Shown piece by piece: positions 54,533-64,000 of a stretch of DNA of 64,000 nucleotides. The notes under the pieces were generated by a model. That model made no database searches. It saw nothing but the letters and a program-made list of their open reading frames with translations, and was not told the origin of the DNA. Within the stretch, counting starts at the first letter, position 1. Each line of letters opens with the position of its first letter. The translations under genes and the position numbers were made by a program. The stretch comes from Daphnia carinata (lineage: Eukaryota): the NCBI RefSeq assembly GCF_022539665.2, contig NC_081332.1, positions 4,464,001-4,528,000 on the forward strand, written 5' to 3'.

Positions 54533-55970
54533 TACGCTCACCATGGATGCTGGTAGACTAGACATTTAAAGTTAAGACACTTTGCCCAATTCCAACAGCT
54601 TTGATTCTTACTTGTAAGTTGTTATTGCACGGGAATGCAGCGACGAAGTCCGCCGTCTTTTTGCTGTCGACAAAAACGATAGTCTTGGCATCACCGAGAT
54701 CTTGTAAAACTTCGATCAGCTTAGCTCTCTTATCTCTTTTCGAGCAATGAAAAAAACACCTGTTCAACATCCGAATTGGTGCTACCGACAATGCCTGTTG
54801 CGAAGAATATGTAGTCTTCCATGTACGTCGCAGCCAGCGCTTGTACTTCATCTAGGAATGTAGCCGAAAACATACAAACACGACGGATTCCCTACAGAGA
54901 AACAAATAGTATTACATCAGTATAATCTCATACTCAAAAGCCATCGAGGACATACTTTCGGATGCATCGTTGGATGATTGACAATCTTTTCAACATTGGG
55001 ACCGAAACCCATATCAAGCATTCGATCAGCTTCAACCAAAACTTAAAACCTGACTCCCGAGAAGTCAAATACTTCATGGTCGAAAACTCCTTGAATCGCC
55101 CCGCGGTCGCGACAAAAATATTGCACCCGGCTTGAAGATTTGACCGCTGATGGCTCGTGAGAGTTCCTCCATATATAATCACAGACTTTAAAACCGAACT
55201 GTAGGAGAATTTACACGCCTCGCGGTCAATTTGAATGCCCAATTCACGAGTGGGTGCGACAATTACAACTTCTGGCTTTTGCCCCATGGCATGAGGCGCA
55301 CCAGCAACACCTTGTTCTAACAATATGTTCATAACCGGTACCAAGTACGCCGCCTGCATAAAAAAACGTAAAATTTTAGATGACTTAATCAACGAATATC
55401 ACGAAGGGTTTATTGAGTATCTTAGATGCAATTGGACCTTTTAGTAGTCGCAATCACAGGCGTGCCCACTCAAAATTACTTTTACTTCAACTTACCCAGT
55501 TCATACCGACCCATTCGAATAAAGTCAGTACGAGGGCATCAAGGTTTCAAAATTACACAGCGTTAATTAATTGGATTACCGTTTTGCCGGAGCCCGTGAC
55601 ATCACAAGCAATTAAATCTCTTTTGGCAAGAATAACTGCAACTGAAGCTTTCTGAACAGGTGTTGGTTTTATGTAGCCAGAATTCTTAATGTTTTGACGT
55701 AGTAGTTGGCGCAGGCCGGCTTCTTCGAATGATGTTATGTATTGAGGTACATCTTTTCCTGTAACCTGAAGCAAACCCAATAGATATTTTTAAATCATAA
55801 AATACAGTTTCGAGAAATGGCTTACCTGGAGGACGACTTTATCAAAATTGTTAAAGCGTACCCAAAGACGATGCCCTTAAACAGTTCCTTTTCATAGCAT
55901 ATCACAGCTTCCAGTCTGTATTGATCATGAGGCTTTCCATCTTCCGTGAAGCTGCAACATCAGGATCCCA
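54533..55970 (-). pseudogene. vas: vasa (DDX4)-like DEAD-box helicase pseudogene fragment with introns retained
   Basis: EDGKP...ELFKGI...NFDKVVLQ/VTGKDVP...SFEEAGL...GYIKPTPVQ...TGSGKT/AAYLVP...PTRELG...KFSYSSVLKSVIIYGG...VEADRMLDMGF...FSATF...VFVDSKKTADFVA...TSIHG. In-frame TAA at 55043-55045, frameshifts, DEAD changed to VEAD, truncated before motifs V and VI. Confidence 0.85.
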
Positions 55971-56300
55971 TGTATCCTACACAACATACTTTTTCGTCAA
56001 ATTGAACTAACAGAGCTCAATAAGATCCATGAACAGTATAAAAAAAAAGGTAGATTTAAGTGATCATGACCTGTCATTCATAGATTAGTACTACCAGCCA
56101 ATTACGCAGACAGCGACAGAGTTGCTGTTTTGTAAATAAAAATATCAATTTGATTTAATGATCTGCTTTGTTTGCATCAGTTGTTCACCGATAATTGGAA
56201 GATAGCTCATTGAATGTTTCATCCACTTCTGTTTTTCTGCTGTTGTTTGTAGATTCACAAGAATTTTTTTCTCTCAGTTCTCTGTCGGCTAATAGACAAA

Positions 56301-57530
56301 CATTCTTTTCATACCTAAAGAGTCCATGTATGATGTTCATCTCTGAAATGGCAGCAAAGTAAAATATCTTTAGGGCCATTTAAGTACCCAGTTTCACCAA
56401 TACTCTGAACGTAAAGGACAAGTTGTTCTTTAGCCAGAGAAGCAGAATTATTTGAGGCTTCTAGCTGTGACAGAACTATAAAGGATTGCTGTTACACAGG
56501 ATTCATTCACACAAGATGGTACTTCTCATTAGACAATTTGCATACTCTATTACTTTACCTCATACCTTAATGGTAATGCACTTTCAGTGTTTTTCAACTG
56601 TAGGCTGACTCTTCCATCCTGTAACACTTCCAGACTTGACTTGATCCCCCACTAAAATTCTGTGAATGCAAAATAATAGCATTAAAAATACTTTTTCGAT
56701 AGACAAAAAACCGAAAAGTACCTAATTCATGTTTTATGTTGAACTCGTGCCATTTCTGTGTTTCCATACCACACCCATTTCAGCCCAAATACAGTCCCAC
56801 AATTCTTCAGTTCCTTTGCTGCATGGACTTATTACTAACAATTCTTTTAGTGCAGCACTAACAGAATTTAACTTTAACACACTGTCAGGTGGTGGACTGA
56901 ATAACTAAACAATAAATAATTGTTTGTTAAAATTCTATACTTATTTGGAATTCTTATTTGAAAAGTTTATGTACCTGACTGTGTTTGCCTAATGCCAACT
57001 CATCCTCACGTTCAATTAGGGATGAGTTTGGAAAAACCTCCTTCACTGTTTTGAAAGTGTCCAGTTCTAATTTGTTATTTTCCAGTAACTGAGCTTGTAG
57101 ACACAAAGTTTGAGCTAAAAAACACAAATGAATAAAAGAACACAAATACAATCATTACATATTACCATCCTTAGTTTTGGTGTCATCTAAGATTCTGTGC
57201 TGTTGAAAAAATTGAGCCTGCAGCTTCATAATTTTATCTAATAAACAATAATTAATAATTGAAAACTAATAAAATAATGTTTATACTTACCATCCTTATC
57301 TTTTATTATCTGATCCATTTTTAAATATTTTTCTCCAGCCACGAGTTTTTCTCCAGCCACGCGTTTTTCTCCAGCCACGCTACTCAATTAACTGCTAATG
57401 GGATACAATTAACTCGAATTGCTTACATGCCTGTAATAACGAAACCGACTGGTAGATGGCTACGGGTAGAAAAAAGAGAAAAAAAGTGTGATTTTTTTTT
57501 TTTTTGGTTTTTTTTTTTTTTTTCATGTAA
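56301..57530 (-). repeat. Arm A2 (inverted, lacks the inner ~1 kb)
   Basis: Reverse complement of ~48450-49670 and a near-direct copy of ~61320-62510. Three 18-bp TTTTTCTCCAGCCACGCG-like units at ~57327-57380. Confidence 0.9.
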
Positions 57531-57559
57531 AACTATATGGCTATGGCAATCCGTTTTAC

Positions 57560-59780
57560 TATGGCAATCCGTTTTACATGAAAAAAAAAAAAAAATGGCG
57601 GAAAAAAAAAAGTCACTTTTTTCTTTTTTTCCGACACGTAGCCATCTACCGCTCAGACTCGTTATTACTGGCGTATGCAATTTCAGTCCATTGGATGCCA
57701 TTCGCAGTTAGTTCAGTAGCGTGGATGGAGAATAACGCGTGGCTGGAGGAACAATTGAAAAATGGATAAGATAATACAACAAAAGGATGGTAAGTATAAA
57801 CATTATTATATTTGTTTTGAATTATTAATTATTGTTTATTAGATCCAATTATGGACCTGCAGGCTCAATTATTGCAACAGCACAAAATATTAGATAACAG
57901 CAAAGCTAAGGATGGTAAGGCCTAATACATAATGATTCTATTTATTTGCTTTTCTTCATTTGTGTTTTGTAGCTCAAAGTTTGAGTCTACAAGCTCAGCT
58001 AGGGGAAAAGAACAAATTGGAACGGAACAGTTTCCAAACAGTGAAGGAGGTTTTTCCAAACTCAAACCTAACTGAACATGAGGATGAGTTGGCATTAGGT
58101 GAACACAGTCAGGTACCTAAACTTTTCAAATAAAAATTCAAAATAAGTATAGAATTTTAACAAACAATTATTTATTGTTTAGTTATTCAGTCTACCACCT
58201 GACAGTGTGTTAAATTTAAATTCTGTTAGTGCTGCACAAAAAGAATCGTTAGTAATAAGCCCATGCAGCGAAGGAAGTGAACAATTGTGGGACTGTATTT
58301 GGGCCGAAAATGGGTGTGGTACGTAAACCAAGACATGGCACAAGTTCAACATGAAACATGGATTAGGTACTTTTCGGTTTTTTGTCTATCGAAAAAGTAT
58401 TTTTAATGCTATTATTTTGCATTCACAGATTTTAACGGGGGATCAAATCAAGTCTGGAAGTGTTACAGGATGGAAGAGTCAGCCTACAGACGAAAATACG
58501 CTGAGAGTGCATTACCATTAAGGTATGAGGTAAAGTAATAGAGTATGCACATTGTCTAATGAGAAGTACCATCTTGTGTTAATGAATCCAGTACAACAGC
58601 AATCCTTTATAGTTCTGTCACAGCTAGAAACCTCAAATAATTCTGCTTCTCTGTCTAAAGAACAACTTGTCCTTAAGTTCAGAGTGTTGGTGAAGTTGGG
58701 TACTTAAATGGCCCTAAAGATGTTTTAATTTTGCTGCCATTGCAGAGATGAACATCATACATGGACTCTTTAGGTATGAAAGGATTTTTCTTCAAATAAT
58801 TTTGAATTTATGACGAAGAATTTCTCCTCCTTTTTGCCAACCAGGTCTAATCTACCAAAAAAATTTTATCCAATAGGAAAGGATTTTCATGTACTGGGAA
58901 CACAACTATCAACAATGCAACATTCTACAGGTGCTAGTTTATCATTCAAGAGCCTTATACAATGAAGTTAATCTGCAATTTGTATATCCTTTCCCAAGCT
59001 TCCACCAGAAGTTGAATCTATGAGTCATGTAAGTTCCATGATCAACAATTGATGTGTTTAACGGTGTTGTTTTTCTTTTCTCAATATAGGTTAATAGTAA
59101 CATTGGATCTGAAAAGATTCTTGGTTGGGGCAAGACACTGAATAAATTGTATTGATTGGATGGATGACATGACATTGCTATACTTAATTCGGATTCCCCA
59201 GACGGTATTTGATATTAAAAAAATTGAAGTGCATATCTGGGCTCCCTTCTTTTCTGAAGCCCCGTTTCCCCTTGACTCATAATAAGCCCGTAGGGGGTCA
59301 TGCCCCTACTGTACGGTATATATAAAAACAACATATACCGAGGTTTGGAGGGCTCTGGCCGGAAAGGGGACGTGGGGTGCCGCTTCGTCCGATGATGTGT
59401 TCACGGAGGGTGACGTGGCTGCCCACAAATCCGAACTAAAGGTTAATCGCTCCTGTAAAAATGTTCCAAATCTTCAGCTCTTCTTCCGGCTTCTCTTAGC
59501 CAATCACCGGGTAATCTCCCCGGTGGGTCAACAAGGCAGTGTCTCCCCCTGCCTGGGTTGACGGCAACTTTTGAAAGGGCTATTGTGCCTTTTTAAAGTT
59601 GCAAAAATAATTGTAATGTGCAGAGAATTGTCAATAAATTTTTTTTTATAAAATTTTTTTGCAAATTTTGTTTCTTTCACACATTACATTTATCAACTTT
59701 TTTTTTATTCAGCTTGCGCAATTCAATTTTATTGTTTTTGCCACAGATGTATCGTTTATCTGTAAGTATTCAATTATTAT
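57560..59780 (+). repeat. Arm A3
   Basis: Direct repeat of A1 and inverted repeat of A4. Head-to-head with A2. Confidence 0.92.
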
Positions 59781-59871
59781 TTATTGCACTTTTTGAATTC
59801 ATGACCTTAGACAAGGAACAACGTGTAATACCTTCATATTTTCTGAAGTAATTTTGTATTTGTATATTATT

Positions 59872-59943
59872 TTACTGGCATGGGAATCGATCCTCAGACA
59901 TTCAGCGTGCAACGCCGATGCTCTAACATTGAGCCACGAGATA
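59872..59943 (-). pseudogene. tRNA-like head (TGC at the anticodon position, degenerate)
   Basis: Minus strand reads TGGCTCAATGTTAGAGCA TCGGC GTTGCAC GCTGA ...GGATCGATTCCC. Confidence 0.7.
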
Positions 59944-60039
59944 TATATAAATTTTTTATTATCGCATATCATATGTTATCGTCTAGGATGTTTATGCAGT
60001 CTTTCACAACTATATGTTTATCTTTGTATTGCTTTTGTA

Positions 60040-60111
60040 ATGTCTATAGCTCTGTGGTAGAGCATTCAGCTGCGATAACTGTTACCCTGGGTTCAAACCT
60101 TACTAGATGTA
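60040..60111 (+). pseudogene. tRNA-like sequence (degenerate)
   Basis: Acceptor-like ATGTCTA/TAGATGT, D-arm GCTC-TGTGGTA-GAGC and B-box GGTTCAAACC. Anticodon and T stems are poor. Confidence 0.65.
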
Positions 60112-60224
60112 TAAACATCTACATCTAAATGGAGAAAATAATATTGCAGTGTTGCATTTCATTTTTATTCAAAGTGTAAATGCAAGTCCGCAAGTGACTA
60201 GAAAAAAGCCAACTTGACATCGTA

Positions 60225-60296
60225 TGATTCATGGCTCATTGGTAAAGCATCGGCGCGGAATGCCGAACATCTAGGGTTCGATCCCTGGATAATAAT
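60225..60296 (+). pseudogene. tRNA-like head (GGA at the anticodon position, degenerate)
   Basis: TGGCTCATTGGTAAAGCA TCGGC GCGGAAT GCCGA ...CTAGGGTTCGATCCCTGG. Positionally homologous to the head at 50680-50753. Confidence 0.72.
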
Positions 60297-62530
60297 TGAA
60301 TGCTTACAGATAAACTATGCTTACAGGAAACAATGCTTACCATTAAACGTGGCATAAACAATAAAGGCGAATTGAGAAAGCAAAAAATAAAAAAAAAGAT
60401 GATAAATGTAATGTTTGAAAACAGACAGTGAAAGAAACAAAATTTGCAAAAAAATTTTATAAAAAAAAATTTATTGACAATTCTCTGCACCTTACAATTA
60501 TTTTTGCAACTTTAAAAAGGCACAACAGCCCTTTCAAAAGTTGCCGTCAACCCAGGCAGGGGGAGACACTGCCTTGTTGACCCACCGGGGAGATTACCCG
60601 GTGATTGGCTAAGAGAAGCCGGAAGAAGAGCCGAAGAAATGGAACATTTTTACAGGAGCGATTAACCTTTAATTCGGATTTGCGGGTAGCCACAGAGCCC
60701 TCCGTGAACACATCATCGGACTAAGCGGACATCCACGTCCCCTTTCCGGCCAGAGCCCTCCAAACCTCGGTATATGTTGTTTTTATATATACCGTACAGT
60801 AGGGGCATGACCCCCTACGGGCTTATTACGAGTCAAGGGGAAACGGGGCTACGGAAAGGAAGGGAGCCCAGATATGCACTTCAATTTTTTTAATATAAAA
60901 TACCGTCTCGGGAATCCAAATTTAGTATAGAAATGTCATGTCATCCATCCAATCATTACAATTTATTCAATGTCTTGCCCCAACCAAGAATCTTTTCAGA
61001 TCCAATGTTACTATTAACCTATGCTGAGAAAAGAAAAACAACACCATTAAGCATCTCAATTGTTGCTCATCTGACTTACATGACTTATAGATTCAACTTC
61101 TGGCAGAAGCTTGGGAAAGGCCACACAAATTGCAGATGAAAATCATTGTATAAGGCTCTTGAATGATAAAATAGCACCCATAGAATTTTGCATTGTTGAT
61201 AGTTGTGTTCCCAGTATGCTGAAAATCCTTTCCTATTGGATAAATTTTTTTTTAGATTAGACATGGTTGGCAAAAAGCAGGAGAAATGCTTTGTCATAAA
61301 TTCAAAAAATTTTCAAGAAAATTCCTTTCATACCTAAAAAGTCCATCTGTGATGTTCATCGCTGCAATGCCAACGAAATGAAACATCTTTAGGGCCATTT
61401 AAGTACCCAACTTCACCAACACTCTGAACGTAAAGGACAAGTTGTTCTTTAGCAAGAGAAGCAGAATTATTTGAGGCTTCTAGCTGTGACAGAACTATAA
61501 AGGATTGCTATTACACAGGATTCATTCACACAAGATGGTACTTCTCATTAGACAATTTGCATACTCTATTACTTTACCTCATACCTTAATGGTAATGCAC
61601 TTTCAGTGTTTTTCAACTGTAGGCTCACTCTTCCATCCTGTAACACTTCCAGACTTGACTTGATCCCCCGCTAAAATTCTGTGAATGCAAAATAATAGCA
61701 TTAAAAATACTTTTTCAATAGACAAAAAACCGAAAAGTACCTAATTCATGTTTTATGTTGAACTCGTGCTATTTCTGGGTTTCCGTACCACACCCATTTT
61801 CAGCCCAAATACGGTCCCACAATTGTTCACTTCCTTCGCTGCATGGACTTATTCCTAACAATTCTTTTAGTGCAGCACTAACAGAATTTAACTTTAACAC
61901 ACTGTCAGGTGGTAGACTGAATAACTAAACAATAAATAATTGTTTGTTAAAATTCTATACTTATTTTGAATTCTCATTTGAAAAGTTTAGGTACCTGACT
62001 GTGTTCGCCTAATGCCAATTCATCCTCATGTTCAGTTAGGGATGAGTTTTGAAAAACCTCCTTCAATGTTTGGAAACTGTTCCATTCCAATTTGTTCTTT
62101 TCCCCTAGCTGAGCTTGTAGACTCAAAATTTGAGCTACAAAACACAAATGAATAAAAGCAAATAAATAGAATCACTACGTATTAGGCCTTACCAGCCTTA
62201 GCTTTGCTGTTATCTAATATTTTGTGTTGTTCCAATAATTGGGCCTGCAGCTTCATAATTTGATCTAATAAACAATAAATAATGTTTATACTTACCATCC
62301 TTTTGTTGTATTATCTTATCCATTTTTCAATTGTTCCTCCAGCCACGCGTTATTCTCTCCATCCACGCTACTGAACTAACTGCGAATGGCATCCAATGGA
62401 CTGAAATTGCATACGCCAGTAATAACGAGTCTGAACGGTAGATGGCTACGTGTCGGAAAAAAGAAAAAAGTGATTTTTTTTTTTTTTTTGGCGAAATTTT
62501 TTTTTTTTTTGTGTCAAACGGATTGCCATA
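60288..62530 (-). repeat. Arm A4
   Basis: Reverse complement of A3 over ~2.2 kb, ending in AAACGGATTGCCATA. Confidence 0.92.
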
Positions 62531-62844
62531 TTTTTTACGGTTTATTCAAAAAGTATAAGCTTAATATAAAAATAAACCAGATTTTGGTGATCAGCGATCA
62601 ATTTCGCATCAGAAAAATGTACTTTTAAGTAAATCTAGAATTTGCCGAAAATTGAAAAAGTGGGAAGGCTATAGCCTTCTTACTTTTTCATTTTTGACCA
62701 AATTTTAAATTTTGCTTAAAATACATTATTTCGATGCAGAATAGAATGCTATTCACGAAAATAAGGTTTATTTTAGAATTGGCCTTATAGTTTTCAAATT
62801 AAACATAAAAAACAGAAAGTCGGGCTTATTTTGTCGGGCTTAAA
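62531..62844. mobile_element. Right part of the palindromic MITE
   Basis: Imperfect palindrome centred on GAAGGCTATAGCCTTC (62664-62679). Ends in ...TTTTGTCGGGCTTAAA, matching 48375. Confidence 0.75.
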
Positions 62845-63030
62845 AGTTGTTTGTCGAACTAGAGTTGCAAAATGCCTTTTCGTCTTTGCTTTGTTCACCA
62901 AAACGATTATGTATTTCCTTCACCATAGTGCCGCAATTGCTGTAAACATAGCCTAAAAAGAATGAAAAGAAAAGTATAATTGCGACAATTTTTTCTCATC
63001 GTCTTGTGTTTTCGAAGTGTTGCGTCTTTT

Positions 63031-64000
63031 TCAGTTGTGTAAACCATGCGCCTCTAGCATATGATCATCATACCTAACGGGAAAATTTGAGGAAAAAAAC
63101 AATAAGAAAACGTTAATTGACATTGATATAGTATTGATTGGGGCTCACTTTTGAGCACACTCGGCGGCCATATCTCTGTGACAAGTTTCAGTATAGGCCA
63201 GACGATAGAGAACGAGGAAGACCAGCAGATGTAGGACGGAGAAGTAGACGACGGCAGCAGTGCGAGCAACGCGACTTGATAGGACCATTTGTCCCTGTAA
63301 ATTGCCGATAGAGACTTACTTTTAAAAAAATAAGGGAAAGAGAAACCAGAAGGCTAAAAGAGAGGGCTGGAGAGCCACGGTGCGAGTCAATTTCTTGTTA
63401 TTTGTCGAACTTCTGGGAATTCGATGCTCGCCGTATATTTTACGTACCATCGAGTAAGTGATGCGTTCGAAAGGACCCAGTTGAGCTAGTTTACGTTGCC
63501 GCTCCCTGCGAGAGAACGAAGCGAACGGATCCAGACGGTCCTCGTACTGACGTTCATAGAGTTCCTCCGTCTCCGAACTTATTCCAATACCGGTATTCTT
63601 GGTGGCACGCTACCAAACACAAGGCAAACAAAATGTGTGCAAAAAAACAATAACAACACAGGCAAAAATCTATCACGTTTTTTAAGGAAACACGCGCACC
63701 TGTCCGGAATAACTTTGAAGGAAGCGAACTTTCTCATAAAGTGCCACATTATCGGTGCGAAGTCGTTCGACTTCGCTGTGCAGTAACGCCATCTGCTGCT
63801 GTTGCTCCAGATTTTGAGCCTCCAATTCTTGATTGCGTTGCCTTTTCCGATAAATGAATTGGAAATATAGTTTTGAAATGCCGATCGATGAAGTCGAACA
63901 TGTTGAAGCTAAAAGCTTTCATTATTGATTGAGATTCGAACGGCATTACCTGAATCTTTCACGTTGAGCCTGCAAGATTGGAAGCAAAGTGACGGCTGTT
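63031..64000 (-). CDS. CASP: Golgi protein CASP (CUX1 alternatively spliced product / Coy1-like), 3' part
   Basis: Spliced LLPILQAQRERFR/QRNQELEAQ...LRTDNVALYEKVRFLQSY/...YEDRLDPFASFSRRERQRK.../GQMVLSSRVAR...YFSVLHLLVFLVLYRLAY...CAQK/YDDHMLEAHGLHN*. The gene runs off the window. Confidence 0.9.

Larger units (their letters stand above)
48413..62530. mobile_element. 14.1-kb composite foldback-like insertion (two tandem units with long inverted arms, no transposase seen)
   Basis: Termini TATGGCAATCCGTTT and AAACGGATTGCCATA, with TTTTTT on both flanks (48407-48412, 62531-62536). Four homologous arms alternate in orientation. The junction between units is at ~57530-57560. Confidence 0.75.

Noticed and set aside
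59872..60296. Functional tRNA genes
   Set aside because: Acceptor, anticodon or T stems are broken and the anticodon loops are atypical, so they are listed as tRNA-like only.
48413..62530. Autonomous Polinton/Maverick or Helitron
   Set aside because: There is no pPolB, integrase, capsid, RepHel or DDE ORF, and the termini are neither AG...CT nor TC...CTRR.

Overview
This is gene-dense, AT-rich eukaryotic DNA with mostly ~60-80 nt GT-AG introns. The proteins are arthropod-type and the style fits a cladoceran crustacean such as Daphnia (inference). Bases 1-48300 hold ordinary spliced genes: an uncharacterised protein with PP1-docking motifs, a head-to-head bursicon alpha/beta pair, DDX19/Dbp80, Vps41, three tandem secreted heme peroxidases, a divergent class VI POU gene, Glut1 with two candidate first exons, CTDNEP1 and PEX14. 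The 3' part of CASP closes the window. The unusual part is 48375-62844, between CASP and PEX14. A ~350-bp palindromic MITE is split by a 14.1-kb insertion with termini TATGGCAATCCGTTT...AAACGGATTGCCATA and a T6 tract on each side. The insertion looks like two tandem foldback-type units built from four copies of a ~2.2-kb arm (+,-,+,-; the second copy is truncated). Each arm carries a decayed, spliced, inward-facing gene with a possible degenerate PHD finger, and the three full arms also carry a ~400-nt multi-hairpin module. The unit centres hold divergently oriented tRNA-like A/B-box heads. The first unit also carries a second ~320-nt structured module, a 23-bp minisatellite and an intron-containing vasa pseudogene. 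I found no transposase. Exon coordinates were read by eye and repeat boundaries are approximate.
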